Part shown: piece by piece, positions 9,066 to 18,624 of the stretch
Layout of the letters: each line of letters starts with the position of its first letter
How positions within the stretch are numbered: the stretch's first letter is position 1
Assembly (NCBI GenBank): GCA_046726275.1
Contig: JBKPAF010000011.1
Span: 613 to 64,612, forward strand
Direction of reading: 5' to 3'
Length of the DNA stretch: 64,000 nt
DNA from: Actinomycetota bacterium
GTDB lineage: Bacteria > Actinomycetota > UBA4738
Notes under the pieces: generated by a model
What the model was told of the DNA's origin: nothing
Databases searched by the model: none
What the model saw: the letters and a program-made list of their open reading frames with translations, nothing else
Translations under genes and position numbers: made by a program

Positions 9066-10418
9066 CTACCGCAGCGAGTCGACAGAAGGGACCGGAAGTG
9101 GCTCCAGGCGGAGACGGAGACGGGCCCCCCCGCCCTCGGCCGGTTCAGCCAGGACCGTGCCCCCATGGTGCTCTGCCACCTGGCGGACGATGGCGAGGCC
9201 GAGGCCCGACCCGGGCAGACCGCGGGCGGCCGGCGCGCGATAGAACCTGTCGAAGACGAACGGGAGGTCGGCCTCGTCGATCCCGGGACCGTGGTCGCGA
9301 ACGGTCACCTCACCGTCGCGCACCGTCACCTCCACCTCTCCGTTCGGTGGACTCCACTTGGCCGCGTTGTCGAGCAGGTTCCCCACGGCCCGCTCCAGGC
9401 GACCGGGGACGCCTCGGACCATGGAGGGCTCGAGCTGGACCGAGAACCGGACCCCGGGCGAATACCTGCTGGCTCGATCCACCGCTCGTTGGACCACGTC
9501 GTCCAGGCGGACCTGTTCGGCCTCGAGGATGGGCTCGTGGCCCCTGGCCAGCTCCATCAGGTCACTGATCAGGATGGAGAGCTCCTCGAGCTGGGCCACG
9601 ACGTCACTCAGGAGCGCGGACCTCTCGCCCTCGCTCATGTTGGTAGCCCGGGCCAGAACCTCGATGTTCGTTCGGATGCTGGTGAGCGGGGTGCGAAGCT
9701 CGTGCGAGGCGTCGGCCACGAGCTGGCGCTGGGTGGTCAACGAGCGGTCCAGGGCGGCCAGCATCCGATTGAACCGGTCGGCCAGGCGCGACAGCTCGTC
9801 GGATCCTTTCACCTCGATGCGCTCTGTCAGATCGGTGGTGGAGGTGACGTGCTCCGCCGCGTCAGTCAGGCGCCGGACCGGCGAGACGGCCGCTCGGGCC
9901 ACCACCGCTCCCATCGCCGTGGCGACCGCGACCCCGGCCAGGGCGACTGCCAGAAGGATCAGACCCAGGCGATGGAGGCTCCTGTCCACCTCATCCAGAG
10001 GTCTCGCCAACTGCACCGCGAGCCCGGGTTGAAGCCTGGCCGTCAGGATGCGCACGTGCGTGCCCGACACGACGGCATCCTGGAAGAAGGTCGGGATCCG
10101 TCCGGCTGCTACCGACGTCACCTGGTCGTCGATCGGGAGCGCCAGGGTCGAACCCTCCTCGCGGAAGACCCTTCCCTCGTCGCTCACGATCTGAGCGAAT
10201 CCTCCTGCGCCCCCCAGGGGTACGTCGGGGAAGTCGATCCGCACTCCGACCTGCGGGATGATCTTGTAGGACACCGCCCCCAGCCGCACCCGCAGTGCGT
10301 CGTCGACCTGAGCCCTGAGCTGTCCTCGAGCAACCACAAAGATGACCGCGGAGGCGAGGACCACGGCAACGGCAACCGCCGCCGTCGAGACCAGCGTGAG
10401 CCTGGCGCGGAACGTCAT
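9066..10418 (-). CDS. Sensor histidine kinase (HAMP-HisKA-HATPase), MprB-like
   Basis: Two TM segments, [11 protein letters not shown]-box, [24 protein letters not shown]. Confidence 0.92.
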   Translation of the reverse strand: MTFRARLTLVSTAAVAVAVVLASAVIFVVARGQLRAQVDDALRVRLGAVSYKIIPQVGVRIDFPDVPLGGAGGFAQIVSDEGRVFREEGSTLALPIDDQVTSVAAGRIPTFFQDAVVSGTHVRILTARLQPGLAVQLARPLDEVDRSLHRLGLILLAVALAGVAVATAMGAVVARAAVSPVRRLTDAAEHVTSTTDLTERIEVKGSDELSRLADRFNRMLAALDRSLTTQRQLVADASHELRTPLTSIRTNIEVLARATNMSEGERSALLSDVVAQLEELSILISDLMELARGHEPILEAEQVRLDDVVQRAVDRASRYSPGVRFSVQLEPSMVRGVPGRLERAVGNLLDNAAKWSPPNGEVEVTVRDGEVTVRDHGPGIDEADLPFVFDRFYRAPAARGLPGSGLGLAIVRQVAEHHGGTVLAEPAEGGGARLRLRLEPLPVPSVDSLR

Positions 10419-11101
10419 GGCTCTCGAAGCACGTAGCCGACGCCGCGGATCGTGTGGATCAACCGCGGCTCTCCTCCGGACTCCGTCTTTCGCCGCAGGT
10501 ACCCGATGTAGACCTCGAGCGAATTCGAGGTCGGACCGAAGTCATATCCCCAGACGCGGTCGAAGATGAACTCCCGGGAGAGGACCCGGTTCGGGTGCAG
10601 CATGAACTGCTCGAGAAGGAGGAATTCCGTCCTCGTGAGCTCGATATGACGGTCTCCTCTCCTTGCCTCGTGTCGGGCCGGGTCCAGCACCAGGTCGCCA
10701 ACCTCGAGCTGTCCGTCCCTGTGCTCCTCCGCAGCCGTTCGGCGAAGCAGGGCCCTGACCCTGGCCAGCAGCTCCGCCAGGGCGAACGGCTTCACCAGGT
10801 AATCGTCCGCTCCGGCATCGAGGCCCTCCACCCGGTCCTCCACGGCGTCGCGAGCCGTCAGCATCAGGACGGGCGTGCGGTTCCCGATACGCCTGAGCAG
10901 CCGGCATACCTCCAGCCCGTCGATCCCTGGCATCAGGATGTCGAGCACGATGAGATCGGGCGAGATCTGTCCGAGCCGGTCGAGCGCCTCGTGCCCATCG
11001 GACGCCAGGTCCACCTGGTATCCCTCGACCGCCAGGGCGCGCTTCAGCGCGTCCCGCACGGCGGGCTCATCGTCGACCACGAGGATGTGCGATTCGTTCA
11101 G
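10415..11101 (-). CDS. OmpR-family response regulator, MprA-like
   Basis: [53 protein letters not shown]; first beta-strand lies upstream of the track start, so start inferred at CTG 11101. Confidence 0.9.
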   Translation of the reverse strand: MNESHILVVDDEPAVRDALKRALAVEGYQVDLASDGHEALDRLGQISPDLIVLDILMPGIDGLEVCRLLRRIGNRTPVLMLTARDAVEDRVEGLDAGADDYLVKPFALAELLARVRALLRRTAAEEHRDGQLEVGDLVLDPARHEARRGDRHIELTRTEFLLLEQFMLHPNRVLSREFIFDRVWGYDFGPTSNSLEVYIGYLRRKTESGGEPRLIHTIRGVGYVLREP

Positions 11102-11127
11102 CTCAACAGACAGTTTCTCGCGTTGGG

Positions 11128-11144
11128 CTGAAAAGAAGCTGAAG
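11128..11144 (-). promoter_or_regulatory. MprA-box-like direct repeat CTTCAG-N5-TTTCAG
   Basis: Hexamers repeated with 11-bp period just upstream of the regulator; resembles mycobacterial TCTCAG-N5-TCTCAG. Confidence 0.5.
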
Positions 11145-11164
11145 TCGACGGCCGGATCGGGCGG

Positions 11165-11446
11165 CTACGTGGTCCCGCCGGCGACGGCTGGAAGGATCGA
11201 GACGGTGTCACCCTCCCTCACCGCGGTCTCCAGAGCCCCGAGGTACCGAACGTCCTCGTCGTTCACGTAGAGGTTCACGAACCTGTGGATGCCGCCCTCC
11301 TCGGTCACGATCTTTTGCTTGAACCCGGGGTAACGGGCGTCCAGGTCGTCCAGGAGGTCGCGGAGGGTCGAGCCGCTCCCCTCCACCACGGGCTCACCGC
11401 CCACCTGGTTTCGCATGATCGTCGGCACCTTCACTCTCACGGGCAC
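11165..11446 (-). CDS. cysO: Ubiquitin-like sulfur carrier (CysO/MoaD family) with GG-TT tail
   Basis: HRFVNLYVNDEDVRYLGALET...SILPAVAGGTT; GGAGG before GTG 11446. Confidence 0.88.
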   Translation of the reverse strand: MPVRVKVPTIMRNQVGGEPVVEGSGSTLRDLLDDLDARYPGFKQKIVTEEGGIHRFVNLYVNDEDVRYLGALETAVREGDTVSILPAVAGGTT

Positions 11447-11450
11447 GGAT

Positions 11451-12320
11451 TCACGCCTCCACGGACGTCTTGGCACCGTGCTCGGCCTCGGGCGGCGTCT
11501 CGCCGGGAGCGAGCCCGCAGAAGAGGTCGTAGTCGATGAGCTCTGTGACGGTCGGTTGCTTGCCGCAGACGGGGCAATCTGGATCCCACCGCAACTTCAC
11601 GGTAGTGAACTCCATCTCCAGGGCGTCGAACAGGAGCAGCCGGCCGACGAGGGGTTCGCCCACGCCGGTGGCCAGCTTGATGGCCTCGACCGCCTGGATC
11701 GACCCGACGATGCCCGGCAGGACCCCGAACACCCCACCCTCGGCACATGAGGGGACGGTCCCGGGCGGGGGCGGCTCGGGGAACAGGCACCGGTAGCAGG
11801 GGGTCTCAGGGCCCGGAAGGAAGACGCTCGCTTGCCCGTCGAACTGATAGATCGATCCATAGACCAGCGGCTTGCCGAGCATCTGGGTCGCGTCGTTCAC
11901 CAGGTACCGGACGGGGAAGTTGTCCGAACCGTCCACCACGATGTCGTACTGCCCGAGGATGTCGAACGCATTGTCGGAGCTCAGGACGACGTTGTGCCTG
12001 ATCACGTTCACGTCGGGATTGATGCCGTTGATACGGTCCGCCGCCGAGTCCACTTTCGGACGACCCACGTCGTCGGTGTCGTGCAGGAGCTGTCGTTGGA
12101 GATTGGTGAGGTCGACCCGGTCGAAATCGGCGATGCCGAGCGTCCCCACGCCGGCCGCGGCGAGATACATCGCGACGGGCGAGCCCAGGCCGCCCGCCCC
12201 CACGCACAGCACCTTGGCGTCAAGCAGCTTGCGCTGGCCGGCCGCGCCGATCTTCGGCAGGATGATGTGTCGGGAATACCGAAGGACCTGCTCCTCGCTG
12301 AACGCGGGGAAGCCGCTCAT
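11451..12320 (-). CDS. moeB: MoeB/ThiF-family adenylyltransferase, no rhodanese domain
   Basis: RYSRHI, GAGGLG, NLQRQ, DGSDNF, PCYRC, PSCAEGGV, CPVC. Confidence 0.9.
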   Translation of the reverse strand: MSGFPAFSEEQVLRYSRHIILPKIGAAGQRKLLDAKVLCVGAGGLGSPVAMYLAAAGVGTLGIADFDRVDLTNLQRQLLHDTDDVGRPKVDSAADRINGINPDVNVIRHNVVLSSDNAFDILGQYDIVVDGSDNFPVRYLVNDATQMLGKPLVYGSIYQFDGQASVFLPGPETPCYRCLFPEPPPPGTVPSCAEGGVFGVLPGIVGSIQAVEAIKLATGVGEPLVGRLLLFDALEMEFTTVKLRWDPDCPVCGKQPTVTELIDYDLFCGLAPGETPPEAEHGAKTSVEA

Positions 12321-12745
12321 GTGATCTTCACTTCCTTCTCCGTGACCCGGTCTGCGTCCTCGATCCAGAAGGCCCTCACGGATGGCTCCGGATCTTTCAG
12401 CGAAACGATGATGTAGTGGGCGTTGCCGTACACCCGCATCCCGGTCTCCGGGTCGGGCCAGAAGGCCTGCCTCCGATCCGTTTTCGACGGAAAGGCCTCC
12501 GTGTGCGTATGTGAGTGGAAGACGCCCACGACCTCCCAGTTCCTCTCGTCGATGTCACTCTCGGCCCGAAGCTGCTCCTTGCCGTCGAGGCGATACGTCA
12601 GATGGCTCCGGTCCTCGTTGGGGATCGGATAGAACCGCTCCACCCGGCCATCCCGTCCTGCGAGGAGACCGCAGGCCTCGTTCGGCAGACCCTGACGCGC
12701 CTGGGCGATCATGGCGTCGCGGATCTCCGTCGGTATCTCGATCAC
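12317..12745 (-). CDS. mec: JAMM/MPN+ (M67) metallopeptidase, CysO-cysteine peptidase-like
   Basis: PNEACGLL and FHSHTHTEAFPSKTD (E...HxH-x7-S-x2-D); GTG start at 12745. Confidence 0.88.
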   Translation of the reverse strand: MIEIPTEIRDAMIAQARQGLPNEACGLLAGRDGRVERFYPIPNEDRSHLTYRLDGKEQLRAESDIDERNWEVVGVFHSHTHTEAFPSKTDRRQAFWPDPETGMRVYGNAHYIIVSLKDPEPSVRAFWIEDADRVTEKEVKIT

Positions 12746-12817
12746 CCCGTTCGCTCCGTTCGATCTTTGAGTCGGTGCTTGACGCGAGGGTTGTACTGGC
12801 CCGGGCACGGGTACGGC

Positions 12818-12870
12818 ATTTTCCTACTGCATCGATTGAATTTACCAGCACCAAACGGGTGGGGGTTTTT
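12818..12870 (-). promoter_or_regulatory. Promoter of mec-moeB-cysO with possible Rrf2 (CymR/IscR-like) operators
   Basis: AT-rich; extended -10 TGGTAAATT flanked by AAAACCCCCACCCGTTTGGTG and AATTCAATCGATGCAGTAGGAAAAT. Confidence 0.4.
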
Positions 12871-12921
12871 CCCTCCACACGAGAGCTCACGCCCGGCATG
12901 GCCCGCGGCCCGACACTCGCT

Positions 12922-13989
12922 TTAAACGGTCACCCTCCCTCGAACCTTGACTCGCCCTGGATCGCCGTGTTGCACGACCCCGACCTCATCCCCGGCGATC
13001 CCCCGGCTCTCGAGCGCGGCCCGAAGGGCAGGTGCGCGGTCTTCGGCGATCGCAATGAGGAGTCCTCCAGATGTCTGAGCGTCCGCCAGAACGAGCTGTT
13101 CGGGCACGGTGAGCTCGCCCCAATCCACGTGGGGATCGACGAAGTCATGGTTGGACTGGGTACCCGACGGAACCACCCCGCGCCGGGCGAGATGCAGGGT
13201 GCCGGGCAGGAGCGATGGACCCCCCGCATCGATCGTGGCCGAAGCGCCGGACGCGGACAACGCTATGTGGAGGTGCCCGAGGAGGCCGAACCCCGTGACG
13301 TCGGTGGCGGAGGAGGCCCCAGCTTCGACCATGGCTTCGGCGGCGCCGGCGTTCAACGTGGTCATCGTGTGCACGGCCAGGGACAGCTGCTCGGCACTGG
13401 CTTCCCCCCGCTTGACGGCCGTAGTGATGATCCCCAGCCCGAGGGGCTTGGTCAGATACAGCCGGTCACCCGGGCTCATCGTCGAGTTTCTGACCACCGC
13501 CTCCCGCTCCACCAACCCCGTAACGGCCATGCCATACTTCGGCTCGGGGTCGTGGATGGAGTGGCCTCCGAGCACGAGCACCCCCGCCTCCCTCGCCACG
13601 GCTGCCCCACCTTCCAGCACCCTCGCCAGGAGATCGAGCGACAACTCCTTGACGGGCCATGCGACCAGGTTGAGCGCGGTCAGCGGCCTGCCCCCCATGG
13701 CGTACACGTCCGAGAAGGCGTTGGCGGCGGCGATCCGGCCCCAATCGAACGGGTCGTCCACGATCGGCGTGAAGAAGTCGACCGTTTGCACGATCACCTG
13801 GCCTCCGGGCAGGGCGTAGACGGCCGCGTCGTCTCCCGTGGCCGGGGAGACGATCACGTCGGATGGATAGTCGGTTGGGGTCAGGCGGCCCAGGACCTGG
13901 GCCAGGTCGCTCGGGGCGAGCTTGCACGCTCAACCAGCGCCGTGGCTGAACCTGGTGAGCCGAACCTCCTCCCGCATCGTCTCGGCCAT
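12922..13989 (-). CDS. selD: Selenide, water dikinase, selenoprotein form (UGA at codon 20 = Sec)
   Basis: MAETMREEVRLTRFSHGAG-U-ACKL...GDDAAVY, TVDFFTPIVDDP, NAFSDVYAMGG, GGHS, TDVTGFGLLGH, DAQTSGGLL; TGA at 13932-13930. Confidence 0.95.
13884..13929 (-). promoter_or_regulatory. Candidate bacterial SECIS
   Basis: Hairpins GACCUG-GCC-CAGGUC or GGCCCAG-GUC-CUGGGCC 21-43 nt after the UGA, with G in the apical loop. Confidence 0.5.
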
Positions 13990-14005
13990 GCACCCGAGGA
14001 TACGC

Positions 14006-14788
14006 TCACGTCAGGCACACGCCGAAGTAGCAGTGCCCTCGAAGCACGATGTAGGCCAGCCCGGCCAACGTGTCCACAAGGAGGTGAGCGGTCACCAATG
14101 GCCAGGTCCGGCGCCATCGGAGGAAGACGAGGCCGAAGGCCAAGCCGAGGAGCAGATTGCCGGCGAATCCACCCCACCCCTGGTACAGGTGGTAGCTCCC
14201 TCGAAGCAGGGCGCTGCCCAGGAGCGCCGCGGGGGCGACCCATCCGATCTGCTCGAGGCGGGTGATGAGGTACCCGACGACGACCACTTCCTCCAGAAGG
14301 GCGTTCTGTAAGGCTCCGAGGACCAGGACCGGAACGGTCCACCAGTGGCCGAGCGGCGGCACCGGCACCACGAACCGGTTGATGTCCAGCGCGACCGCCA
14401 CCACGTACAGCCCGAGCCCGGCCCCTGCCACGCCGAGGCCCAGAAGGGCACCCCAGCCGAGGTCCGCGATGGCTCGGACCGGTCCCAGCCCGAAGGTCTC
14501 CAGCCGCTCTCCGCTCCGCCGAACCAGATGCACCACCAGGGCCACCGGCGCCAGGCTGAACACGATGGAGGCGAGCTGGGTCTCGAGCGGCACCTCCGCG
14601 AAGACCCTCACCGTCACCGTCCGCCGGACCGGGGCCGAGAGGAGGTTGATCACCGCGAACACGGCGCTGGCCAACAGCGACAACGACAGGACGATCAGGA
14701 CCTCTTCGGTCAGAACCCTGCGAACCGCAGGCGTCTGGAATCGCGACGCGGGCACCGTATGCCCGGGCGCGTCACGGGATGCGGTCAC
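14006..14788 (-). CDS. CPBP (Abi/CAAX) intramembrane glutamic endopeptidase
   Basis: Multiple TMs; LLEEVVVVGY, RGSYHLYQG, WPLVTAH. Confidence 0.85.
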   Translation of the reverse strand: MTASRDAPGHTVPASRFQTPAVRRVLTEEVLIVLSLSLLASAVFAVINLLSAPVRRTVTVRVFAEVPLETQLASIVFSLAPVALVVHLVRRSGERLETFGLGPVRAIADLGWGALLGLGVAGAGLGLYVVAVALDINRFVVPVPPLGHWWTVPVLVLGALQNALLEEVVVVGYLITRLEQIGWVAPAALLGSALLRGSYHLYQGWGGFAGNLLLGLAFGLVFLRWRRTWPLVTAHLLVDTLAGLAYIVLRGHCYFGVCLT

Positions 14789-14801
14789 CTCAGGAGGTCG
14801 C

Positions 14802-15560
14802 TCAGGGGGCGAAGCGGACCGCTTCCTCCGCCGGCGAGGGCGGGGCCGTGCACTCCCAGATCCGGAGCTGCCACAGCACCCGGCTGCCCTTGCGGATGAG
14901 GTTCACCATCCCCGAGTCCATCAGCCGGCGGACCACGGCGGTCTCCGAGATCTTCGCGGGAAGCGGAAGGAGCCGCTCCCGAAGCTGACGCATGCGGCCC
15001 TCCCCGAAGATCTTGCGCGCGGCCCGAAGGACCGCTCCCTCGTCCTGGATGGACCCGGTGGGAAGGTACAGACGGCCGCCCGGTCGCAGGTGCGTCCGGG
15101 AAGCCTCGAGCATGGCCACGGGCACCTCCGCCCCGGTGGGACCTCCACTGAAGCCTCCTGGAAACCAGTCGGAGACGGCCGCGATGTCGTCCGGGACGCC
15201 CGACACGTCCCCGATCACGACGTCGGCTTGGATTCCCTCCAGCGGCTCGAACAGGCTGCCTTCTCGAAGGTCGACGGAGCGGTCCAGCCCGAGCATCGCG
15301 GCGTTCCGACGGGCGAAGCGGATGGCTTGGGGGTTGGCGTCGGTCCCGTACACGCGGCCCGCTCCCAACCGGGCGGCCACGAAGGAGAGCACCCCCGAGC
15401 CGCACCCGACGTCGATGACGGTGTCGCCCTCGTTCACGACGAGGCCTTCGGCCACTTCCTTGCTGGTGAAGGTCGGGGCGAAGACGCTCGGCCCCAGAAG
15501 GATCGTGAAGGGTCCTCCCCGACCTTGCCAGGTGTACTCCCACTCCTTGACCGTGCTCAT
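14802..15560 (-). CDS. Class I SAM-dependent methyltransferase (HemK/PrmC-like)
   Basis: VFAPT, IDVGCGSG, ARRNA, GSLFEPL; GDVSG at the NPPY position. Confidence 0.8.
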   Translation of the reverse strand: MSTVKEWEYTWQGRGGPFTILLGPSVFAPTFTSKEVAEGLVVNEGDTVIDVGCGSGVLSFVAARLGAGRVYGTDANPQAIRFARRNAAMLGLDRSVDLREGSLFEPLEGIQADVVIGDVSGVPDDIAAVSDWFPGGFSGGPTGAEVPVAMLEASRTHLRPGGRLYLPTGSIQDEGAVLRAARKIFGEGRMRQLRERLLPLPAKISETAVVRRLMDSGMVNLIRKGSRVLWQLRIWECTAPPSPAEEAVRFAP

Positions 15561-15696
15561 CTGGGATGAATGCTACCCCTCTTTGCGAAAGCAAATCAGT
15601 CGAGAAGCCGCGCCGCTGGCCGTTCGGCTCGGATGCGGTGGCCCGTCGGTCGCCTCGGGGGGCCTCCATAATGGTCGCCGAGGAGGTTCGTCGCCC

Positions 15697-16920
15697 ATGG
15701 ATGTCGAGATCCGCTCCGTCACCGCCGAGGAGTTCGAGCCCTTCCTGAGGGCCACCGAGCGGGCCTTCGGCCACCAACCGTCTGCCGAAGAGATCGAGAA
15801 CGAACGGAAGGTGTTCGAGCCCGAACGGAGCCTCGCCGTGTTCGAGGGCGATCGCGTCGTTGCCACGACCGGAGCGTTCTCGCTCGAGCTGACGGTCCCG
15901 GGCGGCGGGGCCGTGCCGATGGCCGGGGTCACCGAGGTCGGCGTGGTCCCGACCCACCGCCGCCGGGGCCTGCTCACCATGATGATGCGCCGCCAGCTCG
16001 ACGATGTGCGCGACCTGGGAGAGCCCCTCGCCGGGTTGTGGGCCTCCGAGGGTGCCATCTATCAGCGATTCGGATACGGGTTCGCCACCTACGCGTGCGA
16101 GCTCGAGATCGAGCGACAGTGGACCGGATTCGCCAGGCCGTACGAATGGCCGGGCAGCGTGCGTCTGGTCGACAAGGACGAGGCGATGCGCCTCATGCCG
16201 CCGGTCATGGACAGAGTGGTCGGCGCCACTCCGGGGATGTGGAAGCGTTCCCCGGGTTTTTGGGAGCACCACTTCGCCGACCTGGAGCGGTGGCGGGACG
16301 GAGCCAGTCCGCTGTTCTTCGGAGTCTATGAGTCGTCCGAGGGCGCGGAGGGATACGTCGCGTACCGGGTGAAGCACGAATGGCCCGGGGGAATCCCCAA
16401 AGGCACGCTCAAAGTGCGCGAGCTCATGGCCGGTTCCCACGAGGCCGCCGCCGCCCTGTGGCGATCGTGCTTCGACCACGACCTGATCGGCAAGATCGAG
16501 TCCTGGCCCAGGCCGCTGGACGAGCCGCTCCTCCACATGCTGGCCAACCCCCGCGCGCTGGGACTCCGGGTGACCGACGGTCTGTGGCTGCGCCTGGTCG
16601 ACGTTCCGAAGGCGTTGGTTTCTCGGATGTACTCGGCGCTAGGGCGGGTGGTATTCGAGGTCCGCGACACGTTCTGTCCATGGAACGAGAGCCGCTACGA
16701 GCTCGATGCCGGGCCCGACGGCTCGTCGTGCGGGCCCACGCGAGACGAGCCGGACCTGGTGGTGGAGGCGGCGGACCTCGGGGCGGCATTCCTCGGCGGC
16801 ACAAGGTTCGGGCATCTCCTGCGAGCCGGAAGAGTCGTCGAGGTGACGACCGGGGCGGTCGGACGCGCCGACGCCATGTTCGGCTGGGATCCCCTGCCCT
16901 TCTGCTCATCGGTGTTCTGA
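15697..16920 (+). CDS. Eis-family GNAT acetyltransferase
   Basis: VTEVGVVPTHRRRGLL, LWASEGAIYQRFGYG, DGLWLRLVDV, SCP2-like C-terminus; SD GAGGAGG. Confidence 0.9.
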   Translation: MDVEIRSVTAEEFEPFLRATERAFGHQPSAEEIENERKVFEPERSLAVFEGDRVVATTGAFSLELTVPGGGAVPMAGVTEVGVVPTHRRRGLLTMMMRRQLDDVRDLGEPLAGLWASEGAIYQRFGYGFATYACELEIERQWTGFARPYEWPGSVRLVDKDEAMRLMPPVMDRVVGATPGMWKRSPGFWEHHFADLERWRDGASPLFFGVYESSEGAEGYVAYRVKHEWPGGIPKGTLKVRELMAGSHEAAAALWRSCFDHDLIGKIESWPRPLDEPLLHMLANPRALGLRVTDGLWLRLVDVPKALVSRMYSALGRVVFEVRDTFCPWNESRYELDAGPDGSSCGPTRDEPDLVVEAADLGAAFLGGTRFGHLLRAGRVVEVTTGAVGRADAMFGWDPLPFCSSVF

Positions 16921-16982
16921 AAGCACCCCGACCCGACCGTCCGTTCCGTGCGGGGGCCTGGGACAGGCGTTACGCTGCGTTT

Positions 16983-18617
16983 ATGGCCACCGACGATCGT
17001 CGGCGGGGCACCCACGAAGTGTTCAACCAGCCCCCACCCCTGGAGGACTACAACCTCTTCGATCAGGACGTGGTCCTGCGAGAGGCTGTTGAAAGGGAAG
17101 GTGGCGACTGGGGTATTCCGGGCCTGAGCAGGTTCGGGGAGATCATCGGAGGGGAACCCCTTCGCCTCGGCGACCTGGCGGACCGGAACCCACCGATCCT
17201 TCGCACCCACGACCGGTTCGGGTACCGGATCGACGAGATCGAGTTCCACCCCGCATGGACCGAGCTGCTCCGGCTGGGGATCCGCGCGGAGATTCCCTCC
17301 CTGCCTTGGCGGGATGGCAGTCGCGGCGCTCATGTGGTCCGAGGAGTCCTGCTCCTGCTGCTCTCCCAGGCCGAGGCGGGTGTGGCCTGTCCTCTGTCCA
17401 TGACCTACGCGTCGATCCCCACGCTCCGGCACAGCTCAGCGCTGGCCGAGGCGTGGGAGCCGGTGCTGCTCGACCCCGACCCCGCCCGGGCGGCTCTGTG
17501 CGGCATGGCCATGACAGAGAAGCAGGGTGGATCCGACGTTCGAGCCAACACGACCCGGGCCGTCCCTTCGGGCGACGGTACGTTCGAGCTCACGGGACAC
17601 AAATGGTTCTGCTCGCACCCCGCCTGCGACGCATTCCTCGTCCTTGCACACGCCCCGGGCGGGCTGTCCTGTTTCCTGCTTCCCCGGCTCCTCCCGGACG
17701 GCTCACCGAACCGGGGTTTTCAGATCGTGCGGCTCAAGGAGAAGCTCGGAACCCGGGCCCTCGCTTCGGCCGAGATCGAGCTCGACCGGGCCCGGGCCTG
17801 GCCGGTGGGGGATGAGGGCGAGGGGGTGCGGACCATCATCGAGATGGTCAACCACACCAGGCTCGATTGCGTCCTGGGGTCCGCGGCCGGCATGCGCCGG
17901 GCCGTCGCCGAAGCCACCCACCATGCCGCCCACCGGTCCGCGTTCGGAAAGGCCCTGATCGATCAGCCTCTGATGGAGAACGTCCTGGCCGATATATGCG
18001 TGGAATCCGAGGCGGCGACCATGCTCGCGGTGCGCCTGGCGGCGGCCTACGAGCCCGACGCCGACCCCTCGTTCCGCAGGCCGGCCACCGCCATCGCCAA
18101 GTACTGGCTGGGCAAGCGCGCGGTCTGGCACGTGGCGGAGGCGCTGGAGTGTCTCGGGGGCAACGGATACGTGGAGGAGTCGCCGATGCCACGGCTCCTG
18201 CGCGACAGTCCGCTCAATTCCATCTGGGAGGGATCGGGGAACATCATGGCCCTGGACGTGATCCGGGTCTTCTCCAGGGATCGAGAGCCGTTCGAGGCCT
18301 TGATGGCCGAGATCGGCCTGGCCTCCGGGGCGGACCGTCGCCTCGACCGTCACATCCAGGGCGCGAGAGCCGGCGTTCCCTCCCTGATCTCGGGCGAGGA
18401 TCGAGACGCGCAGTACGTGGCCCGGCGCATCGTCGGAGGGTTGGGACTGCTCCTCCAGGCCTCGCTGGTGGTGCGGCACTCCCCCGCCCCCGTCGCCGAG
18501 GCTTTCCTGGCGTCCCGTCTCGCCTACGAGACGGATCGCACGTTCGGCACTCTGCCCGCGGGGGTCGACTGCCAGGCCATCATCGAACGGCACCGCCCGA
18601 AGCTTGCCGGCGGATGA
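16983..18617 (+). CDS. aidB: AidB-like acyl-CoA dehydrogenase
   Basis: THEVFNQPPPL, CPLSMTY, GMAMTEKQGGSDVRAN, GHKWFCS, ECLGGNGYVEE, NSIWEGSGN. Confidence 0.85.
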   Translation: MATDDRRRGTHEVFNQPPPLEDYNLFDQDVVLREAVEREGGDWGIPGLSRFGEIIGGEPLRLGDLADRNPPILRTHDRFGYRIDEIEFHPAWTELLRLGIRAEIPSLPWRDGSRGAHVVRGVLLLLLSQAEAGVACPLSMTYASIPTLRHSSALAEAWEPVLLDPDPARAALCGMAMTEKQGGSDVRANTTRAVPSGDGTFELTGHKWFCSHPACDAFLVLAHAPGGLSCFLLPRLLPDGSPNRGFQIVRLKEKLGTRALASAEIELDRARAWPVGDEGEGVRTIIEMVNHTRLDCVLGSAAGMRRAVAEATHHAAHRSAFGKALIDQPLMENVLADICVESEAATMLAVRLAAAYEPDADPSFRRPATAIAKYWLGKRAVWHVAEALECLGGNGYVEESPMPRLLRDSPLNSIWEGSGNIMALDVIRVFSRDREPFEALMAEIGLASGADRRLDRHIQGARAGVPSLISGEDRDAQYVARRIVGGLGLLLQASLVVRHSPAPVAEAFLASRLAYETDRTFGTLPAGVDCQAIIERHRPKLAGG

Positions 18618-18624
18618 GGGCCCG

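Noticed and set aside
12922-13989. selD as a pseudogene or N-truncated gene
   Set aside because: The UGA is exactly at the catalytic Cys/Sec position with an intact upstream frame.
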